DNA from: Gammaproteobacteria bacterium
Lineage (GTDB): Bacteria > Pseudomonadota > Gammaproteobacteria > QNFE01
Length of the DNA stretch: 64,000 nucleotides
Assembly (NCBI GenBank): GCA_003645455.1
Contig: QNFE01000003.1
Coordinates: forward strand, 1,442 to 65,441
Direction: 5' to 3'
Both the position numbers and the translations under genes were made by a program. Under the pieces are notes generated by a model, which had not been told where the DNA came from, ran no database searches, and was given only the letters and a program-made list of their open reading frames with translations. Below, piece by piece: positions 29,490 to 40,547 of the stretch. Every line of letters starts with the position of its first letter. Positions within the stretch are counted from its first letter, which is position 1.

Positions 29490-30164
29490 ATGAATAATTA
29501 TTTATCTGGAGTCTTTGGCTCCTCTCCTATAAGTCCACTACAAGCACATATGGCAAAAGTTCAAGATGCCATAACATTGTTATCTGAATTTTTTGATGTT
29601 GTTATAATGCAAGATTTTGAATCTGCTGAAAAAATTAAAATTCAAATATCTGAATGTGAAAAAGAGGCAGATTTTATGAAAAAAAAAATAAGACTTAATT
29701 TGCCGAAAGGTCTTTTTATGCCATTTGCTCGTGCTGATCTTTTGAATGTTTTGCTGATGCAGGATAGAATCGCTAATAAAGCCAAAGATATAGCAGGAAT
29801 AGTGGTCGCTCGTAGAATCATAATCCCTAAAAAAATTGATAAAAAATTTTTAAAATTTGTAAATAAATGTATAAATGCCTCAGCTCAGGCAAAAAAAGCT
29901 ATTGATGAATTGGACGAATTAGTTACCGCAGGTTTTCGTGGTAATGAGGTAAAAATTGTTAAAAAAATGTTAAATAAATTGGATAAAATAGAATCAGATG
30001 CTGACAAAAAAGAGGCAACGATTCGTAATATTTTATTTATAATTGAAAAAACATTAGACCCCATTGAGGTTATTTTTCTGTATAAAATAATAGAAGATAC
30101 CGGTGAATTAGCGGACTTGTCTCAAAGAGTTGGCAGTCGTTTGCAATTGATGTTAGCTAAATAA
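29490..30164 (+). CDS. DUF47/PhoU-like protein associated with PiT transporter
   Basis: Family always paired with pit; helical; 224 aa. Confidence 0.55.
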   Translation: MNNYLSGVFGSSPISPLQAHMAKVQDAITLLSEFFDVVIMQDFESAEKIKIQISECEKEADFMKKKIRLNLPKGLFMPFARADLLNVLLMQDRIANKAKDIAGIVVARRIIIPKKIDKKFLKFVNKCINASAQAKKAIDELDELVTAGFRGNEVKIVKKMLNKLDKIESDADKKEATIRNILFIIEKTLDPIEVIFLYKIIEDTGELADLSQRVGSRLQLMLAK

Positions 30165-30186
30165 CAAAACAACAATATAAAATACT

Positions 30187-31449
30187 ATGGAAAATACATA
30201 TCTTATTTTAATTTTGGTTGCCACTTTTGGAATTTTTATGGCATGGGGTATAGGGGCGAATGATGTAGCAAACGCTATGGGAACCTCAGTAGGAGCAGGG
30301 GCTTTAACAATCAAACAGGCTATAATAGTCGCAGCTATTTTTGAGTTTTCAGGGGCATATCTGGCAGGGGGGGAGGTTACCAAAACTATCCGCAAAGGAA
30401 TCGTTGATGTTGGTTTATTAAATAGCTCGCCTGATTTGTTGGTGTATGGAATGCTTGCCGCTTTGCTTGCCGCAGGCACTTGGTTATTGATTGCCTCAAA
30501 ACTTGGTTGGCCGGTCTCAACTACCCATTCAATTGTCGGTGCTATTATAGGTTTTGCGGTCGTGGGAATTTCAGTTGATGCCGTGCAATGGAGCAAAGTA
30601 GTTGATATTATGCTAAGTTGGGTAATCACCCCATTGATAGCAGGAATATTATCTTTTTTGATTTTCAGATCTGTCCAAAAACTAATCTTAGATACCAAGC
30701 ACCCATTTAAAAATGCGAAAAAATATGTTCCGATATATATGTTTCTCGCGGGCTTTGTTATATCTCTTGTGACGTTATTTAAAGGCTTAAAACATATTGG
30801 TTTACATACAACACTTTGGCAAAATTATCTAATTGCCACAGGGGTTGGCTTGTTGATTATGTTAGTTGGCACATATTTTATTCGTAAAATCCATATAGAT
30901 AAAGAGGCAGATAGAGAATATCATTTCACAAGCATTGAAAAAATATTTGGAGTTTTAATGGTGATTACAGCATCGGCTATGGCTTTTGCTCACGGCTCAA
31001 ATGATGTAGCTAATGCCGTAGGTCCTGTGGCAGCTGTGGTAAGCATCGTGCAAAATGCAGGAGAAGTAGGACAAAAATCAGTAATGCCGGCATGGGTGCT
31101 GTTGCTCGGTGGCGCAGGAATAGTCATAGGGCTTGCCACTTACGGACACAAAGTTATGGCAACTATTGGCAAAAAAATTACCGAACTTACTCCAAGCCGT
31201 GGTTTTGCCGCCGAGTTATCCGCAGCCTCAACTGTTGTTGTAGCATCAGGTTTTGGTTTGCCAATTTCAACCACTCAAACGCTCGTAGGTGCGGTGTTGG
31301 GGGTAGGTTTTGCTCGTGGGTTGGCAGCTTTGAATCTTGGTGTTGTCCGCTCAATTTTTATGTCATGGGCTATCACACTGCCCGCAGGTGCAATCCTTGC
31401 TATTATTTTCTTTTTCATTTTGAAAAGCATAGGTTTTGCAAGTTTTTAA
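30187..31449 (+). CDS. Inorganic phosphate transporter, PiT family
   Basis: GANDVANA motif twice (N and C halves). Confidence 0.8.
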   Translation: MENTYLILILVATFGIFMAWGIGANDVANAMGTSVGAGALTIKQAIIVAAIFEFSGAYLAGGEVTKTIRKGIVDVGLLNSSPDLLVYGMLAALLAAGTWLLIASKLGWPVSTTHSIVGAIIGFAVVGISVDAVQWSKVVDIMLSWVITPLIAGILSFLIFRSVQKLILDTKHPFKNAKKYVPIYMFLAGFVISLVTLFKGLKHIGLHTTLWQNYLIATGVGLLIMLVGTYFIRKIHIDKEADREYHFTSIEKIFGVLMVITASAMAFAHGSNDVANAVGPVAAVVSIVQNAGEVGQKSVMPAWVLLLGGAGIVIGLATYGHKVMATIGKKITELTPSRGFAAELSAASTVVVASGFGLPISTTQTLVGAVLGVGFARGLAALNLGVVRSIFMSWAITLPAGAILAIIFFFILKSIGFASF

Positions 31450-31508
31450 AATATGCTACTTTATAACAAGAGGACACGCTACCTTGTGGAAGCCCTGATT
31501 AACTACTA

Positions 31509-31529
31509 ACAAGGGGACATGTCCCCTTG
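31509..31529. repeat. 22-nt perfect palindrome ACAAGGGGACATGTCCCCTTG(T)-type mini-element copy
   Basis: Same palindrome at 60387-60408, 60619-60640 and 62561-62582; imperfect second palindrome at 31466-31487. Confidence 0.6.
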
Positions 31530-31603
31530 CTAAAATGTATTTATTATTTATTCTTATAATTATTAGAGCTTTATTACCAAATCTTTCTTTTAATAAAAAA
31601 ATT

Positions 31604-32785
31604 ATGTCAAAAAAATTAAAAATAGCCGTTGCTGGCACAGGGTATGTAGGTTTATCAAATGGGATTTTATTAAGTCAATATAACAAAGTTGTAGCCCTTG
31701 ATATCGTTGCTGAAAAAATAACTATGTTAAACCTGGGCATCTGTCCGATCGAAGATGACAGGATGCAAAAAATATTACCACAGCTTATCAACAAATCTTT
31801 TTTTGCCACCCTTGACAAAAAAGAAGCTTATAAAAATGCAGATTTTGTTATTATAGCCACTCCCACAGACTATGACCCCGATACTAATTATTTTAATACC
31901 TCATCGATTGAGTCTGTTATACGGGATGTTTTATCAATCAATCCTGGGACAATAATGGTTATTAAATCCACGGTTCCCGTAGGTTATACCAAATCAATCA
32001 AAGACAAATTTAACACCAAAAATATAATATTCTCGCCAGAGTTTTTGCGAGAAGGGCAAGCATTATATGATAACTTATATCCCAGTAGAATAATAATAGG
32101 AGAGAGATCAAAACGAGCAGAGCAATTTGCAGGTTTATTAACACAAGCGGCAAAAAAAGAAAATATTCAAGTTTTATATACCCACAACACGGAGGCTGAG
32201 GCAATCAAACTTTTTGCCAACACTTATCTGGCGATGAGGGTAGCATATTTTAATGAGTTAGATTCTTATGCTTTAACTCATAACTTAGATAGCAAACAAA
32301 TTATCGAAGGGGTAGGTTTGGATCCAAGAATAGGCATGCACTACAATAACCCAAGCTTTGGTTATGGTGGTTACTGTTTGCCAAAAGACACCAAACAATT
32401 ATTAGCAAACTATAAAGATGTGCCCTCAAATATGATAGAGGCCATAGTCAATGCCAACTCCACTCGTAAAGATTTTATCGCAAATTCCATTACCAAACAA
32501 AATCCAAAAATAGTGGGTGTTTACAGGCTTACCATGAAATCAGATAGTGATAATTTTAGAAGCTCGGCGATTCAAGGCATAATGAAAAGAATCAAATCTC
32601 GAGGCATTGAAGTTATAATCTATGAACCCGCCTTAGAAGACAGTCAATTTTTTAATTCCAAAGTTATTAAAAAACTTGCTGAATTTAAAGAAAAAAGCGA
32701 TATAATAATAACTAATAGATTGGAGGATGATATAAGTGATGTCCGACATAAGGTTTTTACCCGTGATATTTTTAATAAAGATTAA
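31604..32785 (+). CDS. ugd: UDP-glucose 6-dehydrogenase
   Basis: [12 protein letters not shown] Rossmann; [10 protein letters not shown] active-site Cys. Confidence 0.8.
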   Translation: MSKKLKIAVAGTGYVGLSNGILLSQYNKVVALDIVAEKITMLNLGICPIEDDRMQKILPQLINKSFFATLDKKEAYKNADFVIIATPTDYDPDTNYFNTSSIESVIRDVLSINPGTIMVIKSTVPVGYTKSIKDKFNTKNIIFSPEFLREGQALYDNLYPSRIIIGERSKRAEQFAGLLTQAAKKENIQVLYTHNTEAEAIKLFANTYLAMRVAYFNELDSYALTHNLDSKQIIEGVGLDPRIGMHYNNPSFGYGGYCLPKDTKQLLANYKDVPSNMIEAIVNANSTRKDFIANSITKQNPKIVGVYRLTMKSDSDNFRSSAIQGIMKRIKSRGIEVIIYEPALEDSQFFNSKVIKKLAEFKEKSDIIITNRLEDDISDVRHKVFTRDIFNKD

Positions 32786-32821
32786 AGTTCCACCAAAACA
32801 AACAAATAAAATAAAATAAAA

Positions 32822-32990
32822 ACCCCCGTCATTGCGAGCGTAGCGCGGCAATCTCCTAGGGCAGACGGACACCCAAAGAGACTGCCACGGCATCCTGCCT
32901 CGCAGTGACGGTATATTTTAAGAGACTGCCACACTGCACTTCGTTGCATTGCTGTGACAGAGTTTTTTCGGAGAGATTGTCGTGCAAAAA
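32822..32990. repeat. MITE family 1 copy
   Basis: CCGTCATTGCGAGCG...CGCAGTGACGG termini. Confidence 0.6.
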
Positions 32991-33002
32991 ACACATAAAA
33001 AA

Positions 33003-33027
33003 AGCCGTGTTAGCACGGCTTTTTAAC
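33003..33027. terminator. Bidirectional rho-independent terminator between ugd and the OMP gene
   Basis: AAAAAAGCCGTGTTAGCACGGCTTTTT: 6-bp GC stem flanked by A and T runs. Confidence 0.55.
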
Positions 33028-33049
33028 TTAACTTTTTAACTCAACTTTA

Positions 33050-33706
33050 TTAAAAATACTTAGCTATTCCAATGGTTAAATCAAGACCACCACCATCAAC
33101 TGTTTCGGTATCTGAGCTTGTGTAACTAACTCCATCTGTTGTAAAAGTGTCCTCTTCGTTATATTTTACACTATAGAACTTAGCACCCATATTTAAATGC
33201 AAGCCAGGTTGTAACTTTTTAACATATTCAGCAGTTATATGAAAACCTGTGGCAGTCTCATATTTTTGTTCATATTTTTTAAAACCAACTATGTTAGCAT
33301 TGTCAAATGTCATCTCCAATTTGCCGGCAGAATACATTCCTAAACCACCACCAAATCTTAACAGAGATTTATCATCAATAGTTTTTTTGTATTTTAGAGT
33401 GAACAACATCAAATTACGCGAAAAATCGCCTGTGGCATTAGATACTGGAGTCATGCTACTTTTTTGTGTTCCAAGTGATAATTCAAAATCAAGCATAGGG
33501 TTGATAACATAACCGACATTCAAACCAAAACCCACACCACCACCTGCTGATAGAGTTATATCATCACCTGCTGTGGTTGTGCCGATTTTATCTTCTTTCG
33601 TGCCAAAACCAACTGCAAAATCACCACCTACATAAAATTTTGCATCTTCGGCATACAAACCACCTGCAAAACCTAACAACATCAAACCTACTAATATTCT
33701 TTTCAT
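33050..33706 (-). CDS. Outer-membrane beta-barrel protein (OmpA/OmpW-like porin family)
   Basis: Signal peptide; alternating hydrophobic strands; C-terminal aromatic (AKYF). Confidence 0.55.
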   Translation of the reverse strand: MKRILVGLMLLGFAGGLYAEDAKFYVGGDFAVGFGTKEDKIGTTTAGDDITLSAGGGVGFGLNVGYVINPMLDFELSLGTQKSSMTPVSNATGDFSRNLMLFTLKYKKTIDDKSLLRFGGGLGMYSAGKLEMTFDNANIVGFKKYEQKYETATGFHITAEYVKKLQPGLHLNMGAKFYSVKYNEEDTFTTDGVSYTSSDTETVDGGGLDLTIGIAKYF

Positions 33707-33789
33707 AATAAAAATTCCTTTAAAGATTGATTGCCATAAAAAAGGTTAAAAATAACAACAGTTTGGCAATCAAAAAAAACTGTTGTTGT

Positions 33790-34022
33790 TGTCATAAAAA
33801 ATAATCCCGTCATAACGAGTGACAAAAACCTCGTCATTGCGAGCGAGCTTGCGAGCGTGGCAATCTTTTGGGGTTTGTCCTGTCTTGTTTGCAGGTCTAA
33901 TAGCACCCCAAGAGATTGCTTCGTCGCTACCGCTCCTCGCAATGACGGGACTCTATTAAGAGATAACCACGGCGGATAATTGCTCCGTGTTTCATCCTTT
34001 CTCCGTCTGCCTCGTTATGACG
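33790..34022. repeat. MITE family 1 copies (composite)
   Basis: Multiple GTCATTGCGAG / CTCGCAATGAC / CGTTATGACGG motifs. Confidence 0.55.
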
Positions 34023-34029
34023 GATATTT

Positions 34030-34464
34030 TTATTTTGATTTTATTAATTTGCTTTCAAGTACACCTTTTCTACCAGTTTTTTCATCCACTATATGCAGTT
34101 TTGTTCTGGGAACAAGTATTCCCATTTTTGCTTCTTGCCAGATAAAATATAGTTTTCCTTTTAAGGCTTTGATGGTAACAGAATCTGTATTTTCAGCTAT
34201 TGACTTGACAGTGTGAGTACCTGCTGGAACTTCTTTATAAAAATAGGTATTCATTTTTGTTAAACCTATGAGTTTGTTATCTAACATGGTCTCCATTCTA
34301 TACGCTCCACCAAAAAATTCATTCCTATAAATATAAATTCCTGCCTTTTCAGCTGGTGCTTTAAAATTTTTTGCCGTATGGTCTTCCTCATCAGTTGCCA
34401 TAGGAACAGTGCTACAACCTGCAACAAAATAACCAACAAATAGTAAAAATATAATTTTTTTCAT
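34030..34464 (-). CDS. Lipoprotein, DUF2846-like
   Basis: Start at internal MKKIIFLLFVGYFVAGCS (lipobox); the ORF-track N-terminal extension lies in MITE sequence. Confidence 0.4.
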   Translation of the reverse strand: MKKIIFLLFVGYFVAGCSTVPMATDEEDHTAKNFKAPAEKAGIYIYRNEFFGGAYRMETMLDNKLIGLTKMNTYFYKEVPAGTHTVKSIAENTDSVTIKALKGKLYFIWQEAKMGILVPRTKLHIVDEKTGRKGVLESKLIKSK

Positions 34465-34544
34465 AATATAATTCCTCAAAAATTGATTGCTATAAAAAGT
34501 TAAAAACGACAACAGTTGGCAATCAAAAAAACTGTTATTGTTGT

Positions 34545-34728
34545 CATAAAAAATAATCTCGTCATTACCTAACTTATACAATTGCGAGCAACAGAATCCC
34601 GTCATTGCGAGGAACGAAGAGACAAAGCAATCTCTTTGGGTAAAAAGAGAGACTGCCACGCTCGCAGTGACGAAAACCCCCGTCATTGCGAGGAACGAAG
34701 CAATCTCATAAGGTCAGACGAACACCAA
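34545..34728. repeat. MITE family 1 copies
   Basis: GTCATTGCGAGGAACGAAG motifs. Confidence 0.5.
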
Positions 34729-34960
34729 AGAGACTGCCACACTCGCAAGCTCGTTCGCAGTGACGGATTCTTTTAAGAGACTGCCACACTCGCAAGCTCG
34801 CTCGCAGTGACGGATTCTTTTAAGAGACTGCCACACTCGCAAGCTCGCTCGCAGTGACGGATTCTTTTAAGAGACTGCCACACTCGCAAGCTCGCTCGCA
34901 GTGACAGTATATTTTTTGCTTGCTCGCAGTGACAGTATATTTTTTGCTCGCTCGTTATAA
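34729..34960. repeat. Tandem repeat, 47-nt unit (AGAGACTGCCACACTCGCAAGCTCGCTCGCAGTGACGGATTCTTTTA), about 4.5 copies, derived from MITE family 1 sequence
   Basis: Units begin at 34729, 34776, 34823, 34870; nearly identical. Confidence 0.7.
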
Positions 34961-34977
34961 CAAAATGATATCGTTAT

Positions 34978-35280
34978 TTAATTGCAACCATCATCTGATA
35001 TTTGATATTTTATACCGTCAGCACAGCCCAAAATAGTATAGGTTGCACTACAATAATCTTCTACCTTTTCTTTGCACCATGCAAACATTGTATCTTTGTT
35101 GCTGGTAGCAGTAGTTGTCCAGCATTGATTGAGATCATTTAGTCGTTGGCCCTCTGGGGTCTCATTTGATTCGGTGATTTTACAGGTGTTGTATGTGGTT
35201 TTACTCTCATCCTCATCTTCGTCCTCAGAGCAAGCACCAAGCATTAAAAACGGCAACAATAATAAAGTGTATTTTTTCAT
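34978..35280 (-). CDS. Small Cys-rich lipoprotein
   Basis: Lipobox LGAC; 8 Cys; acidic. Confidence 0.3.
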   Translation of the reverse strand: MKKYTLLLLPFLMLGACSEDEDEDESKTTYNTCKITESNETPEGQRLNDLNQCWTTTATSNKDTMFAWCKEKVEDYCSATYTILGCADGIKYQISDDGCN

Positions 35281-35540
35281 TATCTTATCTCCTGGGTATC
35301 ACCACAATTATAATCCGCCGAGAGTTGATTATATTCTGTGTTAATTATCTCATCGGTTTGACAAGGCATTGAGAGGGCTGAATTTATACTAAGATTTTTT
35401 AATTCATCGTTGATATAAAAACTAATATCATTATCTGTGAGATTAAAAACACTAAATGTTTTGTCTGTCCTATTTTCATCTGCCTGTATGGTAGATATAG
35501 ATAATAACAGACCAGCAAGAGTTGCAATTTTCGTTTTCAT
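35280..35540 (-). CDS. Small secreted protein
   Basis: Signal peptide MKTKIATLAGLLLSISTIQA. Confidence 0.3.
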   Translation of the reverse strand: MKTKIATLAGLLLSISTIQADENRTDKTFSVFNLTDNDISFYINDELKNLSINSALSMPCQTDEIINTEYNQLSADYNCGDTQEIR

Positions 35541-35678
35541 AGTAAATTTCAAAAGTAAAAAAGTGGATATTATATATAAATGCTATTTTTAATGCAAGTG
35601 TTTATTACCTGTAATGCTAATTTACCTTACATTTTATTGGAATATTATATATTTTTATCGGTTTAATTGGTATGTTCT

Positions 35679-36059
35679 ATGTCTTATTATCCACAACAAA
35701 AAATTCGTAATGAGTTTGCCGACAGGTTGCAAGGTGCCATTGGTAACAGCAAGTTGTCAAAACTTAATCAGACTCAACTTGCAAAAATTTTTTTAGTCAC
35801 TCGTCAGGCAGTTATGATGTGGTTAGATGGTGTTACTATGCCAAACCAAGCCCGTATGCCGATTATTGCCAAAAAACTTGGGGTATCGCTTGGCTGGTTG
35901 CGAGATGGAGCAGGGCAAATGTATGATATTGCAGTTGATATTGATAATAAAAACACAAAATCTATTAGTGCGGAGGAGTATAATCTATTGAAAAAATATC
36001 GCCTGCTTGATGATGATAATCAACAAATAATTCACAATCTTTGTAAAAAATTAAATTGA
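35679..36059 (+). CDS. XRE-family helix-turn-helix regulator
   Basis: QTQLAKIFLVTRQAVMMWLDG HTH. Confidence 0.5.
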   Translation: MSYYPQQKIRNEFADRLQGAIGNSKLSKLNQTQLAKIFLVTRQAVMMWLDGVTMPNQARMPIIAKKLGVSLGWLRDGAGQMYDIAVDIDNKNTKSISAEEYNLLKKYRLLDDDNQQIIHNLCKKLN

Positions 36060-36088
36060 ATTATGCAAAGGTCTCTTATAAGATTTAA

Positions 36089-36523
36089 TCATGTATTGGT
36101 TTGATAGGTTGCCAACCACTGCTCGACAATCACAACAGCACTTATTTTATCTATATCGGTTTTTTTTAATTTTTTTTTATGCAATCCTGTTTTTCTTTTT
36201 TCTATCAACATATTTTCAGCCTGATAGGAGCTTAATCGCTCATCACACATTATAGGCGTTATTTTGAAATGTTGTTCTAATTGTTGGGCGAACTTTTGGG
36301 ATAATTTTGTCATAGGTTGAGTATTGCCATCTAATTTCAAAGGCAAACCTACTAATAAAACGCCAGGATTATATGCTTTGATTATTTTTTGAATATTGTC
36401 AAATGTTTGTGGGTTGTTGAAAATGGTGGTAAGTGGTCCTGCGGTTTTGGTGATTGTATTGCCTACGGCTACTCCTATTCTTTTGGTGCCATAATCAAAA
36501 CCTATAACTGTGGCGGAACTCAT
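36089..36523 (-). CDS. ruvX: Holliday-junction resolvase-like RuvX/YqgF
   Basis: [17 protein letters not shown] signature. Confidence 0.75.
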   Translation of the reverse strand: MSSATVIGFDYGTKRIGVAVGNTITKTAGPLTTIFNNPQTFDNIQKIIKAYNPGVLLVGLPLKLDGNTQPMTKLSQKFAQQLEQHFKITPIMCDERLSSYQAENMLIEKRKTGLHKKKLKKTDIDKISAVVIVEQWLATYQTNT

Positions 36524-37416
36524 TTCAATAAAAATTCTACCAGTGCTTTTTGTGAAAAAAGACGATTTTGTGCCTCTGCGAATACTAAACTTTGTTTGCC
36601 ATCAATAACATCTGCGGACACCTCTTCGCCACGATGAGCGGGTAGGCAGTGCATAAAAACAGCATCGGATTTGGCAAGACTCATAATCGTATCATCAACA
36701 ATAAAATCTTTAAAATCATTTAATCGCTTTTTTTGTTCCTGCTCTTGTCCCATACTCGCCCAGACATCGGTGGCGATTAAATCAGCATTGTAAGCGGCTT
36801 TTTGGGGCTCATTAGAAACAATAACATTAGGATTATCTTGATATAATTTTTTATTTGGCTCATATCCTTTGGGTATGGCAATTTGTAATTTAAAATCAAG
36901 CAGTTTGGCAGCATTGATATAAGAATAACACATATTGTTGCCATCACCTATCCATGCAACTGTTTTGCCTTTGATGTCACCTTTGTTTTCAAAAAAAGTT
37001 TGCATATCAGCGAGCAGTTGGCAAGGATGATATTCGTCAGTCAAAGCATTGATCACAGGCACAGATGAAAAACGAGCAAATTCTTCGATATCTTGTTGAG
37101 AAAAAGTTCTAATCATAATAATATCTACCATTGAAGAGATAACCCGAGCGCTATCTTTTATTGGTTCACCTCGTCCGAGTTGTGAGTCCGCAGGGGATAA
37201 AAAAATAGTAGAACCACCCATCTGATTCATCCCGGCCTCAAAAGATACCCGGGTTCTGGTCGAGGCTTTGTCAAAAATCATCGCCATTGTTTTGCCGATT
37301 AAATACTGGTGCAAAACCCCACTTAAATGTTGTTTTTTAAGTTTGCGAGCTCGGTTAATTAGATGATAAAAATCATCTGTTGTAAGGTCTTTTAAGGATA
37401 AAAAATGTTTTAACAT
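36520..37416 (-). CDS. argF: Ornithine carbamoyltransferase
   Basis: STRTRVSFE carbamoyl-phosphate motif and HCLPA ornithine-binding motif. Confidence 0.7.
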   Translation of the reverse strand: MLKHFLSLKDLTTDDFYHLINRARKLKKQHLSGVLHQYLIGKTMAMIFDKASTRTRVSFEAGMNQMGGSTIFLSPADSQLGRGEPIKDSARVISSMVDIIMIRTFSQQDIEEFARFSSVPVINALTDEYHPCQLLADMQTFFENKGDIKGKTVAWIGDGNNMCYSYINAAKLLDFKLQIAIPKGYEPNKKLYQDNPNVIVSNEPQKAAYNADLIATDVWASMGQEQEQKKRLNDFKDFIVDDTIMSLAKSDAVFMHCLPAHRGEEVSADVIDGKQSLVFAEAQNRLFSQKALVEFLLK

Positions 37417-37517
37417 AAAAAAATAGTTGTAATTTTTAAAAAAGTTTGCTATTTTACTCTTTTTTTTAAAAAATGCAAGGTTTTTATTTTATGTTAGTGA
37501 GTCAAAATTATGAAAAA

Positions 37518-39746
37518 ATGGAATTAGCTGAATTTGTCAAAAAGGCATATTTGGATTATTCGATGTCGGTCATATTAGATCGGGCTTTGCCTCATATCGG
37601 TGATGGCTTGAAACCTGTGCAACGGCGGATTATATTTGCGATGAGTCAACTTTCCTTGCATAATAGTGCCAAACCTAAAAAATGTGCCAGAACTGTTGGT
37701 GATGTTTTGGGTAAATTTCATCCTCACGGTGATAGTGCTTGTTATGAGGCGATGGTTTTAATGTCGCAATCTTTTTCAACCCTATATCCTCTGATAGAAG
37801 GTCATGGCAATTTTGGTTCGGCAGATGACCCTAAATCATTCGCCGCGATGAGATATACCGAGGCAAAGTTATCCGCTTTTGCCGAATTATTGTTAGATAA
37901 AATAAATCAAGGCACAGTGCAATGGCAACCAAACTTTGATGGCACATTGCAAGAACCTAAATTATTACCCTCAGCCGTGCCGCATATTGTGTTAAATGGC
38001 ACAACTGGAATTGCCGTTTCAATGGCAACGGATATTCCACCGCATAATCTAGCAGAAATATGCAAGGCTTGTATTAAAATTTTACAAAGTCCTAATTTGA
38101 GCGAAGATCAATTATTTAAACTAGTGCCTGCACCTGATTATCCTACGGCAGCTACCATTATATCCAAAAAAGAGGAGATAGAGCAGGTTTATAAAACAGG
38201 CAAGGGCAGTATTCGCACCAGAGCCGTGTATATGGAAAATGGTAAAAATATAATTATCAATCATCTGCCATATCAAGTATCTCCATCCAAAATAATAAAA
38301 CAAATAGGTAGTTTAATCCAGAGCAAAAAACTATTATCTTTGGATGACATAAGAGATGAATCTGACCACGAAAACCCGATTAGAATCGTTTTGCATATCA
38401 AAGGCAATAGACAAAATGCCACCAAAATAATGCAAAATTTATATGCACTGACAGATTTGGAGAAATCATTTCGAGTTAATATGAATATGATCGGCATAAA
38501 TGGCAGACCGCAGGTTAAATCTTTGTTAGTTATTTTGCAAGAGTGGTTATCCTGGCGGATAAATATTGTCAAACTTCATCACTTATGGCGACTTGATAAA
38601 ATATCAAAAAGATTGCATATTTTAGATGGTTTATTGATAGCTTATCTGAACTTAGATGAGGTGATAAGGATTATAAGAGAAGAAGACGAGCCGAAGATAA
38701 AACTTATGCAAAAATTCTCTTTGAGTGAGATTCAAGCCGATGCAATCTTAGAGACGAAGTTAAAAAATCTGGCAAGATTAGAGCAGATAAAAATCAAAGC
38801 CGAGAGAGATTTATTAAAAGAAGAACAAAATACAGTTAAAGAGATTTTATCAGACCAAAAAAATCTTAAAAAAGAGGTTATTAGTGAATTAAAAGAGGCA
38901 ATTAAAAAATATCCAAACTCGCGTATTAGCCCTATTGTTGAGATGGAAAAATCTGTCGCTATCAATATTGAATCTTTGCAACCTACCTATGGTATTACGG
39001 TAATTTTATCAAAACACGGCTGGATAAGAGCCGCCAAAGGACATAATATTGATATTGAAAAATTAAATTACAAACAATCAGATGGTTTATTCAAAGCAGT
39101 TGAATTAAAATCAACCGATGAGGTCGTTATTATTGACAATACAGGTAGGGCATATAGCATCGCAGTTATAAATCTACCAAGTGCCAGAGGTCTGGGCGAG
39201 CCGATTAGTAGCAAAATCAAATTATCCGATGGAGCGGTTATAATTGATATGATAGGGGGCTTGAAAGATACTGATAAAATCTTATTTTCAACGAATGCAG
39301 GGTATGGTTTTATGAGTGAGTTTCAACAGATAAAAAGTAAATTATTAGCGGGCAAACAAATTATAAATATTGGCGATAATAATTCTATGTTGCCACCTAT
39401 AATAGTGCAAAATGAAAAAACCCAAAAAATTATCAGCATTAGTAGTATAGGTTATATGCTTTGTTTTGATTTATCTCAATTGCCAACCCTATCAAATGCC
39501 AAGGGAGTTAAAATCATCAATATTCCTGCCAAATCTCGTTTGCAAAATAATGAGATTTTATCAAAAATTAATTTATTTTATCCTAATGATAAAATAATAT
39601 TAAATGCTGGTAAAAGAATTTTTACCATCAATCCATCGGACATTCAAATTTTTATGGGAAAAAGAGCCCTCAGAGGCAAAAAACTCCCCCGAGGGTTGTG
39701 TGGTGTTGATACAATTCAAATTAAATCAAGTTTAACGAGTTATTAA
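37518..39746 (+). CDS. parC: DNA topoisomerase IV subunit A
   Basis: [29 protein letters not shown]; size about 745 aa fits ParC rather than GyrA. Confidence 0.75.
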   Translation: MELAEFVKKAYLDYSMSVILDRALPHIGDGLKPVQRRIIFAMSQLSLHNSAKPKKCARTVGDVLGKFHPHGDSACYEAMVLMSQSFSTLYPLIEGHGNFGSADDPKSFAAMRYTEAKLSAFAELLLDKINQGTVQWQPNFDGTLQEPKLLPSAVPHIVLNGTTGIAVSMATDIPPHNLAEICKACIKILQSPNLSEDQLFKLVPAPDYPTAATIISKKEEIEQVYKTGKGSIRTRAVYMENGKNIIINHLPYQVSPSKIIKQIGSLIQSKKLLSLDDIRDESDHENPIRIVLHIKGNRQNATKIMQNLYALTDLEKSFRVNMNMIGINGRPQVKSLLVILQEWLSWRINIVKLHHLWRLDKISKRLHILDGLLIAYLNLDEVIRIIREEDEPKIKLMQKFSLSEIQADAILETKLKNLARLEQIKIKAERDLLKEEQNTVKEILSDQKNLKKEVISELKEAIKKYPNSRISPIVEMEKSVAINIESLQPTYGITVILSKHGWIRAAKGHNIDIEKLNYKQSDGLFKAVELKSTDEVVIIDNTGRAYSIAVINLPSARGLGEPISSKIKLSDGAVIIDMIGGLKDTDKILFSTNAGYGFMSEFQQIKSKLLAGKQIINIGDNNSMLPPIIVQNEKTQKIISISSIGYMLCFDLSQLPTLSNAKGVKIINIPAKSRLQNNEILSKINLFYPNDKIILNAGKRIFTINPSDIQIFMGKRALRGKKLPRGLCGVDTIQIKSSLTSY

Positions 39747-40522
39747 CGAATTCTTTTTAGGATGTTTTTTCTAAAATCATTGTCGGTTAAACCTGTTTTA
39801 AATTTATAATCGCTCCATTCTAAAACAGTAGATTTACCAGATTGATGATTTATCATAGTCATTTTTGCAGGACGCCAATGTTTGTTTGCGTATTGTTTAT
39901 ATCCATCTGCTGTCAATGTTTTTAACAATGAATCTTTGCGATCATGATAAACAATTTTTATGGCTACTAATCGTTTTTTATCAATCCAAACTATACTCTT
40001 TTTATAACCTGAATATTTGTAGGCTGGAATTCGGACAATTTTATAACATTCAATTCCATTGATTTTTTCATCACCCTTATATTCATAGGTATATTTTTCC
40101 ACCTCTTGTGATGATATGTCCTCATAAGCGAATTCAGAACCCATAAAAGGACCTGATTTATTTTTGGATGAGATACGTTTGACTCTTTTCAAAGCAGGTA
40201 AATACATCCATTGTTGGTCAGGTTCTAAACCGTGTGACCAGGTTAAAAAAGCTGTACCTTTTACATCAGCAGGTTTATCAAAAATTGAGATGCTTTTGTT
40301 GCCATCACCTGTTACCTCTAATGTTCGATTGCGGATATAACGAATACTAGTATCACCTTGTTTATTTTTGAGAGTCATTTTCATCTGAGCTGTGGTATCG
40401 TGAAAACCTAAATCAGAATCATAGGCTTGTTGGCTTATTTCCAAACCTCTCTCTTGTGGGGTTTGTGCTATGGCTACAAACGGTATCAACAGCAAAAAAA
40501 TAAAAGTTTTTAAAAATTTCAT
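39743..40522 (-). CDS. LolA-like outer-membrane lipoprotein-sorting family protein (partner of MMPL transporter)
   Basis: Signal peptide; conserved context next to MMPL gene. Confidence 0.45.
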   Translation of the reverse strand: MKFLKTFIFLLLIPFVAIAQTPQERGLEISQQAYDSDLGFHDTTAQMKMTLKNKQGDTSIRYIRNRTLEVTGDGNKSISIFDKPADVKGTAFLTWSHGLEPDQQWMYLPALKRVKRISSKNKSGPFMGSEFAYEDISSQEVEKYTYEYKGDEKINGIECYKIVRIPAYKYSGYKKSIVWIDKKRLVAIKIVYHDRKDSLLKTLTADGYKQYANKHWRPAKMTMINHQSGKSTVLEWSDYKFKTGLTDNDFRKNILKRIR

Positions 40523-40547
40523 AATAATCTCCTAAAAAATAAAAATC

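Noticed and set aside
31092-31638. ORFs 31092..31466 (+) and 31456..31638 (-)
   Set aside because: The first is an out-of-frame overlap of the PiT gene 3-prime end. The second spans the palindromic intergenic element and the ugd upstream region.
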